Below, in pieces: positions 23,175 through 37,100 of a DNA stretch of 64,000 nt. The position numbers were made by a program, and so were the translations under genes. The stretch comes from Neoechinorhynchus agilis (lineage: Eukaryota > Animalia > Acanthocephala): positions 7,200,691 through 7,264,690 of the forward strand of contig CM121342.1 in assembly GCA_051530055.1 (NCBI GenBank), read 5' to 3'. Below the pieces are notes generated by a model. That model saw only the letters and a list, made by a program, of their open reading frames with translations, made no database searches and was not told the origin of the DNA. Each line of letters begins with the position of its first letter. Within the stretch, counting starts at the first letter, position 1.

Positions 23175-24160
23175 CGTCTCCCTCTTCTCGTTTTCCCCTC
23201 GAGCTCGATTCTCCATGCGAGGCGTCTTCATCTGCTTGTGTGACCTGAGGGCACCATCGCAATCCTGGTCATTTATTTTTTTCACGAAACTGGGTCATGT
23301 TTGCTAGTTAATAGCAGTAAATATGATTCCTTCTTCTTAAATTCTAGTCATCACCTAATGGAAACCTCTTGGGTTTCTCAAGAGGGTTACAATCAATTCT
23401 AAACAAAAATCTTAAAGTCAAATTACTCTTTCAAACAAAAAGTCCAAACTTTGCGTTACATTGAAATCTTCAATGTCCATTTTTCATCCCGAATTGTGGA
23501 ATTGAAACAAACAAAAATCTTCATCGATGGATACAAAAAATTTTCTTTTATTTTTTCGGTGCCCTCTGAAGCGTCCGAGCGGACACTGTACTCGTCATTG
23601 GGCTTTGGCCTGAGGCCGGAACTTACTGTAAATTGTTTCGAGATAGAAGTGAAAGTTAAAAAGCTGTTTTTCGCAGTGAGAGTTCGTTAGCGAAAATCGA
23701 TGCTCTTTTGATGTTCTTTGAAAAGTGAGCCTTACCTTAACTCACGGAGAAAAACTTCTTGCGCTCTTCGCTATCTATGATCTCGTCAATAAACACCTTA
23801 CCTTGAAAGTTGCGGCGAATCCAACAGGGCTTCAAAAATTAAAATTATACTTAATTTTTACTTTCGAATACAAGGCTCTTTGAATCTTTGCTAAAAACGA
23901 AAGTGAATGAAATGTAAAAATCGTTAAAATAAATCGTGCATTCATAGATTAACTTCATTAAGGTTAAGTCAAGAGTTTCCATCGAAAACTCTACTTATTG
24001 AACAACAACATTTCTTTGAACTTTTCTCTCACTTGAGAGGTCGTTCTTTTCAGCATTGTCGGCTTTCGTCTTTGTTCTCCTTTCCCAGCGTCTTGAAATC
24101 TCCGTTCACACCGTCCTTCCACCTCTTTTTGGGCCTCCTTCTTCTCGTTTTCTCCTCGAG
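23175..24160 (-). repeat. Second copy of the ~950-bp RTE-end composite unit
   Basis: Aligns with 4780-5750 and starts at a different phase of the unit. Confidence 0.85.
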
Positions 24161-25015
24161 CTGCGTCTTCATCTGCTTGTGTGACCTGAGGATACCATCG
24201 CATCCGCCTCTTAGCGATTGCCTCCTCGATCGGCTCGGAAGCAAACAGTTTTCGCGCCTCCTCATTGGGCACTCGATCTTTGCGTGTCAATCCTGCGGAC
24301 CATCTAGGCATCCGCATTTCGTTGACGGCTAATCGTTGAACGTCTTCCTTCTTCGTATCCAACTTCTCGCGGGTCGAACTGCCTTGTAAACCCGCCCTTT
24401 AGGCTTGTTCGGGAGACGCTTATCGCAAAGGATGCCTATTGTCTTCCGCCAGTTGTAAGTGGACGAAGAAAAAATTGATCACTCACAGTGCTTTGAGGAA
24501 AATCGAAAGCGAAGCGCGGGAATTTTCGATGAAGATGAAAAAGATGGCTAGTCGGTGGCTCCGCTGTGGCATCGCATTCTCGGTACATCGCTTAGTGTTC
24601 GGGGCAATTCCTTTTCCAGTGGAATGCCCACACCAGATCTCGAGGGGCCGTGTCGTACGCACCTTCCAAATAGACGAACACAATGTTCAACGGACACTGC
24701 ATCTCACTGAACCTCTCAGCTGCCTTAGCACGAATATTGCATCGATTGTGCTCCCGCCGGGCATGAATCCTCGTTGGTCCTCGCTGATTCGGATCTTCTA
24801 TCTAATTCTGTGATCGATAATTCGTTCCCACAGTTTCATTGTGTGAGACATGAGTTTAATGGTGCGGTAGCTCCTATACTGCAGAACATCTCCTTTGCTT
24901 TTGAAGATCGGTATCAATATGCTTCCCTGTCATTCCGGCGGGATCTTTTCCTTCCACCTGCATTGAACTCTTTGTCCGATCTCTCGTCTTCACCGGTATT
25001 TCCCGTGCTTTGCTG
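23995..25015 (-). mobile_element. RTE-clade LINE, internally deleted
   Basis: Minus strand ILIPIFKSKGD..YRTIKLMSHTMKLWERII, GFMPGGSTIDAIF, WRKTIGILCDKRLP, NEMRMPRWSAGLTRKDRVPNE, RRMRWYPQV, RPKKRWKD. Confidence 0.85.
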
Positions 25016-26776
25016 TTGACCGTCCATCGATCACTGTGATTTGTTTAATTTTTTCCGACATAAAATTCGGTGGCAAATAGGCTTTCTTTTTTTGTAAACT
25101 TTCGGAACGATTTTCTCCTTATGGTACCAAACTTTTCTGACGCGATTACTGTTCTCGTCATTAAACTTTTGACCTGTACACACTTTGCTTACGGCATAAG
25201 ACCGGAAGAAACGCTAAAGTTTCCGTTACTTTCGATTTTGAGCCGATCGGCTTTCCGTTGCGTGATTGATTTATTAATTCCGAATATTTCGCCAAACTTC
25301 AGGTTTCTTATTGAAAAACTTGCGAGCAGCCTGAATTTCGATGAAAAGGACGTAATATTGTGAATTAATCAATCAATCGTGCTTATTTTAGCATTCCGTT
25401 GGTGGCAAAATCATTAACCATTTTTTATGCGGCATCTTGCGGTCTCCTTTACTGATAAGTCCACGGTAGTCGTGCAATGATGTTTATTAGAGCTTCGTGG
25501 TATCAGACAAGAAATATTATTTCAAGTTATGATCTGGAATCAATTTACCTTCTTTATGACTAATCCTGGGTTTTTGCTGGACTGTCCTTGTATAGTGGAA
25601 TTCGAACTCCTTCGTTCACTTGCTTGGCACGATTTTCCTTAGGATCCACGGTAGAGGGATAAAACTCGAACGACGGTGAAAGCTCAAAATTCTAATTGGC
25701 TCATTTATTTCCGATAATTATGACATTATCAATTTTTGCCATTGTTTATAAGTTTTGTAACACGATCTCACACCGTAGAATACTTACATGCGTTGACAAC
25801 AATTGATAAGTATCTTTTCCACCGAGGACAATAATCATAGAGCTCAAAGTTCCGATGGGTTTCCCGTGAAAAATAGTTTGCTGCTAGCCGACCAACCTTT
25901 TTTAGAAAAATTCTGTTTTCAATTGTCTCAATAGTCATAGAGGTTTTGAAATGTAGAACGACGGATCGATTAATTTGTATTTCTCTTTTTTCACCACTTC
26001 TTCGGCTGCTCGTGAAACTGCAATGGACAAGTTGTTCTATTCACAATCCTATTCTGGCTTATAAAATGGCATAATCAAAGATATCAAAAGATTATATTTA
26101 ATCTTCAAGTTCGCTGGACTTGATTAAAATGTAATCATGTGGAATATCAGTTGGTGTTACAGCTTTTAAAAAAATTAAGCCACCATTTCACCATCTCTGT
26201 CGAAGGAACGGCACTTCATTTTTTTCCAAAAGGGACGAACTTTGATTCTCGCCAATTAGGGAGCACTCTGTAGAATTGACTCTGGGCGCCAATTTGTGAT
26301 CATTCTTAGACCTACATTGTTTCGTCTAAAGTATCATCAGTCTGTAAATATATCTACATACCTTGCGCAATTGCGTCTCGTTGGCTGAGTAATCGAACAG
26401 ATACATGCGACATCCTCTGCATCTCTTCCGTCCACGGACGCTTAGAGCGATCTTCAGCTCGCTTTTGGGAAGTTTTAATAGACACCAAGGTATGAATTAT
26501 CCGTATTTCGGGAAAATTGGAGTATTAAAGACACAGGAAATCCGAATTCTCGAATGAACCTTAGGGGATTTTTAGAAAACTTTGATCAACTAGACAAGCT
26601 GCTTCTCCAAGTTTTACCCAACAACAAACTGTTCGATTCAAGGGTTTTTCACCTTTGGTGCAATCTCCTTCTTCTTCAATAACACTGTATTCATTTCGTT
26701 TCCGCTTTACTTCATCTCCCGTTCACCTTATAATCTCAATAGTTTCAGAGTGTGATTTCTTCGTTCTTTGAATACA

Positions 26777-28051
26777 ATGCTGACAGACGTTTCTCGTCTG
26801 TTCGTAAAAGTTGGTCAACCAGAGCGACGGGACGACGACATCTTCGACAAGATATCTCGTAGATGGACAGTAATTCTCCTCGCGGTTTTTCTGCTTGCCA
26901 TTGCATCCAAACATTATTTCGGAGATCCGATTGAATGCTGGACTCCTGCGGAATTCAAATCGAGCCACAACGACTACGTCAAACACTACTGCTGGATAAC
27001 GTACACATACCACGTAGGACCCCAAACGACGTTATCAAGAACCACATTAAGGCAATATCGAACTGGATATTACATTTGGGTTCCATTTGTGTTTACTATA
27101 TCAGCATTGTTCTTCTACACACCATGTTGGGTGTGGAACAGTCTAGGACATCGTGTTCGATACGACCTTCCACGAATACTCAACCTTGCTGTCAAGGGTC
27201 AACATTCATCGGAACACTTGGAAGCACTTGTGGATTACTATGACAAGAAATGGCAGTACATTGAACATCATGATCGTAAGATATTGTCGAGACTCGTAAA
27301 ATGTCTAAGCGCTCCAGTTGGCGGCGGTACTGCTACGGCTGTCTACATGCTCTCCAAAATTCTGTATCTCATCAATGCAGTAAGCCATTTTTTTCTACTG
27401 AATTTCATCCTTGGATTCGAATACAAAACCTATGGAATTCGAGTTCTCAAGTCCCTCATCTTCGATGAAACGGACTGGCAACCTTCCGCTTATTTTCCTC
27501 GATCGACTTTCTGTGACATTGGCGTTCGATACAAAGGCGATAACTACAACAACTACACCATCCAATGCGCACTACCTGTCAATCTATTCCATGAGAAAAT
27601 CTTTGCTATACTTTGGTTCTGGTACGCATTCGTTGTCGTCATTACTACGGTCGGTATTCTATATTGGCTTGCCCTAATGAGTCGTCCTGGACGCATACGG
27701 TTCATCCGCTCACATCTTCATGACGCATCGTCGGTCGACACTAAGTTCAAACAACGATTTGATGCGTTCTTTAGTCAATATTTAGCTGGCGACGGAGTAC
27801 TCATGTTACGGCTAGTTAGTAAAAACTCAAATTGTTCACTTACTTGCGACCTTCTCAATCGTCTATGGTTTCAATACCTCGAAAGGGTGGCTACTTCGTA
27901 TATATCGGGGGACAGCGGAACATTTATGAGCAGTAATTCGAGCGGAGCAGAAAGTTCCATGATGCATGGCTCAAATGCCGCTCCAGGCCACACGCTGGAA
28001 GAGGGTCAACGCTTTTTAGACCGAAGAAACCAAGAATCGACTGGCATTTAG
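26777..28051 (+). CDS. inx: Innexin (invertebrate gap-junction protein), intronless CDS, 424 aa
   Basis: DDIFDKISRRWT, HYFGDPIECWTP, HYCW, YYIWVP (YYQWV-like), YFPRSTFCD, IQCALPVNLFHEKIFAILWFW; four hydrophobic segments and four extracellular Cys. First ATG is 26777 (track used TTG); AATAAA at ~28102. Family-level call only. Confidence 0.97.
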   Translation: MLTDVSRLFVKVGQPERRDDDIFDKISRRWTVILLAVFLLAIASKHYFGDPIECWTPAEFKSSHNDYVKHYCWITYTYHVGPQTTLSRTTLRQYRTGYYIWVPFVFTISALFFYTPCWVWNSLGHRVRYDLPRILNLAVKGQHSSEHLEALVDYYDKKWQYIEHHDRKILSRLVKCLSAPVGGGTATAVYMLSKILYLINAVSHFFLLNFILGFEYKTYGIRVLKSLIFDETDWQPSAYFPRSTFCDIGVRYKGDNYNNYTIQCALPVNLFHEKIFAILWFWYAFVVVITTVGILYWLALMSRPGRIRFIRSHLHDASSVDTKFKQRFDAFFSQYLAGDGVLMLRLVSKNSNCSLTCDLLNRLWFQYLERVATSYISGDSGTFMSSNSSGAESSMMHGSNAAPGHTLEEGQRFLDRRNQESTGI

Positions 28052-28165
28052 ATTCCGGTCAACGAACGCAACAGCAAAAACAAAGACCAAGCGAGAATGC
28101 AAATAAAAAACTGCATGGCTGTATTGTCTTTTTAGTTTTGCTCTAGACTGTGAACTGTTATGAGC

Positions 28166-31100
28166 CCATCTTGACACTCTGGTTCCAAATATGTATCAGA
28201 TTCGCGAAATCTATCAGTGGTCTTGATTTATTCGTAGTTCAATGTTCGTATGAACAAGTTTATAACATGGCGATTGACAGGGAACTTACTTTTAGTTACG
28301 TTCAACGAGACCATCTTGACACTCTGATTCCAAATATGTGTTCAGATTCGCGAAATCTATCAGTGGTCTTGAGTTATTCGTAGTTCAATGTTCATATGAA
28401 CAAGTTTATAACATGGTGATTGACAGGGAAATTACTTTTAATTACGTTCAACGAGACCATCTTGACACTCTGATTCCAAATATGTGTTCAGATTCGCGAA
28501 ATCTATCAGTGGTCTTGAGTTATTCGTAGTTCAATGTTCATATGAACAAGATTATAACATGGCGATTGACAGGGAACGTACTTTTAGTTACGTTCAACGA
28601 GACCATCTTGACACTCTGATTCCAAATATGTGTTCAGATTCGCGAAATCTATCAGTGTTCGTGAGTTATTCGTAGTTCAATCTTCATATGAACAAGTTTA
28701 TAACATGGCGATTGACAGGGAACTTACTTTTAGTTACGTTCAACGAGACCATCTTGACACTCTGATTCCAAATATGTGTTCAGATTAGCGAAATCTATCA
28801 GTGGTCTCGAGTTATTCGTAGTTCAATGTTCATATGAACAAGTTTATAACATGGCGATTGACAGGGAACGTACTTTTAGTTACGTTCAACGAGACCATCT
28901 TGACACTCTGATTCCAAATATGTGTTCAGATTCGCGAAATCTATCAGTGTTCGTGAGTTATTCGTAGTTCAATGTTCATATGAACAAGTTTATAACATGG
29001 CGATTGACAGGGAACTTACTTTTAGTTACGTTCAACGAGACCATCTTGACACTCTGATTCCAAATATGTGTTCAGATTCGCGAAATCTATCAGTGGTCTT
29101 GAGTTATTCGTAGTTCAATGTTCATATGAACAAGTTTATAACATGGCGATTGACAGGGGACGTACTTTTAATTACGTTCAGCGAGACCATCTTGACACTC
29201 TGATTCCAAATATGTGTTCAGATTCGCGAAATCTATCAGTGGTCTTGAGTTATTCGTAGTTCAATGTTCATATGAACAAGTTTATAACATGGCGATTGAC
29301 AGGAACTTACTTTTAGTTACGTTCAACGAGACCATCTTGACACTCTGATTCCAAATATGTGTTCAGATTCCTTAAGAAATCTATCAGTGGTCTTGATTTA
29401 TTCGTAGTTCAATGTTCATATGAACAAGTTTATAACATGGCGATTGACAGGGGACGTACTTTTAGTTACGTTCAACGAGACACTTCCTGACACTCTGATT
29501 CCAAATATGTGTTCAGATTCGCGAAATCTATCAGTGTTCATGAGTTATTCGTAGTTCAATGTTCATATGAACAAGTTTATAACATGGCGATTGACAGGGG
29601 ACGTACTTTTAGTTACGTTCAACGAGACACTTCCTGACACTCTGATTCCAAATATGTGTTCAGATTCGCGAAATCTATCAGTGTTCATGAGTTATTCGTA
29701 GTTCAATGTTAATATGAACAAGTTTATAACATGGCGATTGACAGGGAACTTACTTTTAGTTACGTTCAACGAGACCATCTTGACACTCTGATTCCAAATA
29801 TGTGTTCAGATTCGCGAAATCTATCAGTGGTCTTGAGTTATTCGTAGTTCAATGTTCATATGAACAAGTTTATAACATGGCGATTGACGGGAACGTACTT
29901 TTAGTTGCGTTCAACGAGTCCATCTTGACACTCTGATTCCAAATATGTGTTCAGATTCGCGAAATCTATCAGTGTTCGTGAGTTATTCGTAGTTCAATGT
30001 TCATATGAACAAGTTTATAACATGGCGATTGACAGGGAACTTACTTTTAGTTACGTTCAACGAGACCATCTTGACACTCTGATTCCAAATATGTGTTCAG
30101 ATTCATGAGAAATCTATCAGTGGTCTTGAGTTATTCGTAGTTCAATGTTCATATGAACAAGTTTATAACATGGCGATTGACAGGGAACTTGCTTTTAATT
30201 ACGTTCAACGAGTCCATCTTGACACTCTGATTCCAAATATGTGTTCAGGTTCGCAAAATCTATCAGTGGTCCTGAGTTATTCGTAGTTCAATGTTCATAT
30301 GAACAAGTTTATAACATGGCGATTGACAGGGAACTTACTTTTAATTACGTTCAACGAGACCATCTTGACACTCTGATTCCAAATATGTGTTCAGATTCGC
30401 GAAATCTATCAGTGGTCTTGAGTTATTCGTAGTTCAATGTTCATATGAACAAGTTTATAACATGGCGATTGACAGGGAACTTGCTTTTAATTACGTTCAA
30501 CGAGACCATCTTGACACTCTGATTCCAAATATGTGTTCAGGTTCGCAAAATCTATCAGTGGTCCTGAGTTATTCGTAGTTCAATGTTCATATGAACAAGT
30601 TTATAACATGGCGATTGACAGGGAACGTACTTTTAGTTACGTTCAACGAGACCATCTTGACACTCTGATTCCAAATATGTGTTCAGATTCGCGAAATCTA
30701 TCAGTGTTCGTGAGTTCGTAGTTCAATGTTCATATGAACAAGTTTATAACATGGCGATTGACAGGGAACTTACTTTTAATTACGTTCAACGAGACCATCT
30801 TGACACTCTGATTCCAAATATGTGTTCAGATTCGCGAAATCTATCAGTGGTCTTGAGTTATTCGTAGTTCAATGTTCATATGATCAAGTTTATAACATGG
30901 CGATTGACAGGGAACTTACTTTTAATTACGTTCAACGAGACCATCTTGACACTCTGATTCCAAATATGTGTTTAGATTCGCGAAATCTATCAGTGGTCTT
31001 GAGTTATTCGTAGTTCAATGTTCATATGAGCAAGTTTATAACATGGCGATTGAACTGGAACTTACTTTTAGTTACGTTCAACGAGACCATCTTGACACTC

Positions 31101-34100
31101 TGATTAAAAATATGTGTTCAGGTTCGCAAAATCTATCAGTGGTCCTGAGTTATTCGTAGTTCAATGTTCATATGAACAAGTTTATAACATGGCGATTGAC
31201 AGGGAACTTACTTTTAATTACGTTCAACGAGACCATCTTGACACTCTGATTCCAAATATGTGTTCAGATTCGCGAAATCTATCAGTGGTCTTGAGTTATT
31301 CGTAGTTCAATGTTCATATGAACAAGTTTATAACATGGCGATTGACGGGGAACTTACTTTTAGTTACGTTCAACGAGACCATCTTGACACTCTGATTCCA
31401 AATATGTGTTCAGATTCGCAAAATCTATCAGTTGTCTTGAGTTATTCGTAGTTCAATGTTCATATGAACAAGTTTATAACATGGCGATTGACAGGGAACG
31501 TACTTTTAGTTACGTTCAACGAGACCATCTTGACACTCTGATTCCAAATATGTGTTCAGATTCGCGAAATCTATCAGTGGTCTCGAGTTATTCGTAGTTC
31601 AATGTTCATATGAACAAGTTTATAACATGGCGATTGACATGGAAAGTACTTTTAGTTACGTTCAACGAGACCATCTTGACACTGATTCCAAATATGTGTC
31701 CAGATTCGCAAAATCTATCAGTGGTCTTGAGTTATTCGTAGTTCAATGTTCATATGAACAAGTTTATAACATGGCGATTGACAGGGAACTTGCTTTTAAT
31801 TACGTTCAACGAGTCCATCTTGACACTCTGATTCCAAATATGTGTTCAGATTCGCGAAATCTATCAGTGGTCTTGAGTTATTCGTAGTTCAATGTTCATA
31901 TGAACAAGTTTATAACATGGCGATTGACAGGGAACTTGCTTTTAATTACGTTCAACGAGACCATCTTGACACTCTGATTCCAAATATGTGTTCAGATTCG
32001 CGAAATCTATCAGTGGTCTTGAGTTATTCGTAGTTCAATGTTCATATGAACAAGTTTATAACATGGCGATTGACAGGGAACTTGCTTTTAATTACGTTCA
32101 ACGAGACCATCTTGACACTCCTGATTCCAAATATGTGTTCAGATTCGCGAAATCTATCAGTGGTCTTGAGTTATTCGTAGTTCAATGTTCATATGAACAA
32201 GTTTATAACATGGCGATTGACAGGGAACGTACTTTTAGTTACGTCCAACGAGACCATCTTGACACTCTGATTCCAAATATGTGTTCAGATTCGCGAAATC
32301 TATCAGCGGTCTTGAGTTATTCGTAGTTCAATGTTCATATGAACAAGTTTATAACATGGCGATTGACAGGGAACGTACTTTTAGTTACGTTCAACGAGTC
32401 CATCTTGACACTCTGATTCCAAATATGTGTTCAGATTCGCGAAATCTATCAGTGGTCTCGAGTTATTCGTAGTTCAATGTTCATATGATCAAGTTTATAA
32501 CATGGCGATTGACAGGGAACTTACTTTTAATTACGTTTAACGAGTCCATCTTGACACTCTGATTCCAAATATGTGTTCAGATTCGCGAAATCTATCAGTG
32601 GTCTTGAGTTATTCGTAGTTCAATGTTCATATGAACAAGTTTATAACATGGCGATTGACAGGGGACGTACTTTTAGTTACGTTCAACGAGACCATCTTGA
32701 CACTCTGATTCCAAATATGTGTTCAGATTCGCGAAATCTATCAGTGGTCTTGAGTTATTCGTAGTTCAATGTTCATATGAGCAAGTTTATAACATGGCGA
32801 TTGACAGGGAACGTACTGGTTACGTTCAACGAGACCATCTTGACACTCTGATTCCAAATATGTGTTCAGATTCGCGAAATCTATCAGTGGTCTTGAGTTA
32901 TTCGTAGTTCAATGTTCATATGAGCAAGTTTATAACATGGCGATTGACAGGGAACGTACTTTTAGTTACGTTCAACGAGACCATCTTGACACTCTGATTC
33001 CAAATATGTGTTCAGATTCGCGAAATCTATCAGTGGTCTTGATTTATTCGTAGTTCAATGTTCATATGAACAAGTTTATAACATGGCGATTGACAGGGGA
33101 CGTACTTTTAGTTACGTTCAACGAGACCATCCTGACACTCTGATTCCAAATATGTGTTCAGATTCGCGAAATCTATCAGTGTTCGTGAGTTATTCGTAGT
33201 TCAATGTTCATATGAACAAGTTTATAACATGGCGATTGACAGGGAACTTACTTTTAGTTACGTTCAACGAGACCATCTTGAAACTCTGATTCCAAATATG
33301 TGTTCAGATTCGCGAAATCTATCAGTGGTCTTGAGTTATTCGTAGTTCAATGTTCATATGAACAAGTTTACAACATGGCGATTGACAGGGAACTTACTTT
33401 TAATTACGTTCAACGAGTCCATCTTGACACTCTGATTCCAAATATGTGTTCAGATTCGCGAAATCTATCAGTGGTCTTGAGTTATTCGTAGTTCAATGTT
33501 CATATGAGCAAGTTTATAACATGGCGATTGACAGGGAAAGTACTTTTAGTTACGTTCAACGAGACCATCTTGACACTCTGATTCCAAATATGTGTTCAGA
33601 TTCGCGAAATCTATCAGTGGTCTTGATTTATTCGTAGTTCAATGTTCATATGAACAAGTTTATAACATGGCGATTGACAGGGGACGTACCTTTAGTTACG
33701 TTCAACGAGACCATCCTGACACTCTGATTCCAAATATGTGTTCAGATTCGCGAAATCTATCAGTGTTCGTGAGTTATTCGTAGTTCAATGTTAATATGAA
33801 CAAGTTTATAACATGGCGATTGACAGGGAACTTACTTTTAGTTACGTTCAACGAGACCATCTTGACACTCTGATTCCAAATATGTGTTCAGATTCGCGAA
33901 ATCTATCAGTGTTCGTGAGTTATTCGTAGTTCAATGTTCATATGAACAAGTTTATAACATGGCGATTGACAGGGGACGTACTTTTAGTTACGTTCAACGA
34001 GACCATCTTGACACTCTGATTCCAAATATGTGTTCAGATTCGCGAAATCTATCAGTGGTCTTGAGTTATTCGTAGTTCAATGTTCATATGAACAAGTTTA

Positions 34101-37100
34101 TAACATGGCGATTGACGGGAACTTACTTTTTGATTACGTTCAACGAGACCATCTTGACACTCTGATTCCAAATATGTGTTCAGATTCGCGAAATCTATCA
34201 GTGTTCGTGAGTTATTCGTAGTTCAATGTTCATATGAACAAGTTTATAACATGGCGATTGACAGGGAACTTACTTTTAGTTACGTTCAACGAGACCATCT
34301 TGACACTCTGATTCCAAATATGTGTTCAGATTCGCGAAATCTATCAGTGGTCTCGGAAGTTATTCGTAGTTCCAATGTTCATATGAACAAGTTTATAACA
34401 TGGCGATTGACATGGAAAGTACTTTTAGTTACGTTCAACGAGACCATCTTGACACTCTGATTCCAAATATGTGTTCAGATTCGCGAAATCTATCAGTGGT
34501 CTCGAGTTATTCGTAGTTCAATGTTCATATGAACAAGTTTATAACATGGCGATTGACATGGAAAGTACTTTTAGTTACGTTCAACGAGACCATCTTGACA
34601 CTCTGATTCCAAATATGTGTTCAGATTCGCGAAATCTATCAGTGGTCTCGAGTTATTCGTAGTTCAATGTTCATATGATCAAGTTTATAACATGGCGATT
34701 GACAGGGAACTTACTTTTAATTACGTTCAACGAGTCCATCTTGACAATCTGATTCCAAATATGTGTTCAGATTCGCGAAATCTATCAGTGGTCTTGAGTT
34801 ATTCGTAGTTCAATGTTCATATGAGCAAGTTTATAACATGGCGATTGACAGGGAACTTACTTTTAGTTACGTTCAACGAGACCATCTTGAAACCCTGATT
34901 CCAAATATGTGTTCAGATTCGCGAAATCTATCAGTGGTCTTGAGTTATTCGTAGTTCAATGTTCATATGAACAAGTTTACAACATGGCGATTGACAGGGA
35001 ACTTACTTTTAATTACGTTCAACGAGACCATCTTGACACTCTGATTCCAAATATGTGTTCAGATTCGCGAAATCTATCAGTGGTCTCGAGTTATTCGTAG
35101 TTCAATGTTCATATGAACAAGTTTATAACATGGCGATTGACAGGGAACGTACTTTTAGTTACGTTCAACGAGACCATCTTGACACTCCTGATTCCAAATA
35201 TGTGTCCAGATTCGCAAAATCTATCAGTGGTCTTGAGTTATTCGTAGTTCAATGTTCATATGAACAAGTTTATAACATGGCGATTGACAGGGAACTTGCT
35301 TTTAATTACGTTCAACGAGTCCATCTTGACACTCTGATTCCAAATATGTGTTCAGATTCGCGAAATCTATCAGTGGTCTTGAGTTATTCGTAGTTCAATG
35401 TTCATATGAACAAGTTTATAACATGGCGATTGACAGGGAACTTGCTTTTAATTACGTTCAACGAGACCATCTTGACACTCTGATTCCAAATATGTGTTCA
35501 GATTCGCAAAATCTATCAGTGGTCTTGAGTTATTCGTAGTTCAATGTTCATATGAACAAGTTTATAAAATGGCGATTGACAGGGAACGTACTTTTAGTTA
35601 CGTTCAACGAGACCATCTTGACACTCTGATACCAAATATGTGTTCAGATTCGCAAAATCTATCAGTGGTCTTGAGTTATTCGTAGTTCAATGTTCATATG
35701 AACAAGTTTATAACATGGCGATTGACAGGGAACTTGCTTTTAATTACGTTCAACGAGACCATCTTGACACTCTGATTCCAAATATGTGTTCAGATTCGCA
35801 AAATCTATCAGTGGTCTTGAGTTATTCGTAGTTCAATGTTCATATGAACAAGTTTATAACATGGCGATTGACAAGGAACTTTACTTTTAGTTACGTTCAA
35901 CGAGTCCATCTTGACACTCTGATTCCAAATATGTGTTCAGATTCGCGAAATCTATCAGTGGTCTCCGAGTTATTCGTAGTTCAATGTTCATATGATCAAG
36001 TTTATAACATGGCGATTGACAGGGGAACTTACTTTTAATTACGTTCAACGAGTCCATCTTGACACTCTGATTCCAAATATGTGTTCAGATTCGCGAAATC
36101 TATCAGTGGTCTCGAGTTATTCGTAGTTCAATGTTCATATGATCAAGTTTATAACATGGCGATTGACAGGGAACTTACTTTTAATTACGTTCAACGAGTC
36201 CATCTTGACACTCTGATTCCAAATATGTGTTCAGATTCGCGAAATCTATCAGTGGTCTTGAGTTATTCGTAGTTCAATGTTCATATGAGCAAGTTTATAA
36301 CATGGCGATTGACAGGGAACTTACTTTTAGTTACGTTCAACGAGTCCATCTTGACACTCTGATTCCAAATATGTGTTCAGATTCGCGAAATCTATCAGCG
36401 GTCTTGAGTTATTCGTAGTTCAATGTTCATATGAACAAGTTTATAACATGGCGATTGACAGGGAACGTACTTTTAGTTACGTTCAACGAGACCATCTTGA
36501 CACTCTGATTCCAAATATGTGTTCAGATTCGCGAAATTATCAGTGGTCTTGATTTATTCGTAGTTCAATGTTCATATGAACAAGTTTATAACATGGCGAT
36601 TGACAGGGGACGTACTTTTAGTTACGTTCAACGAGACCATCTGACACTCTGATTCCAAATATGTGTTCAGATTCGCGAAATCTATCAGTGTTCGTGAGTT
36701 ATTCGTAGTTCAATGTTAATATGAACAAGTTTATAACATGGCGATTGACAGGGAACTTGCTTTTAATTACGTTCAACGAGACCATCTTGACACTCTGATT
36801 CCAAATATGTGTTCAGATTCGCGAAATCTATCAGTGGTCTTAGGTTATTCGTAGTTCAATGTTCATATGAACAAGTTTATAACATGGCGATTGACAGGGA
36901 ACGTACTTTTAGTTACGTTCAACGAGACCATCTTGACACTCTGATTCCAAATATGTGTTCAGATTCGCGAAATCTATCAGTGGTCTTGATTTATTCGTAG
37001 TTCAATGTTCATATGAACAAGTTTATAACATGGCGATTGACAGGGAACGTACTTTTAGTTACGTTCAACGAGACCATCTTGACACTCTGATTCCAAATAT

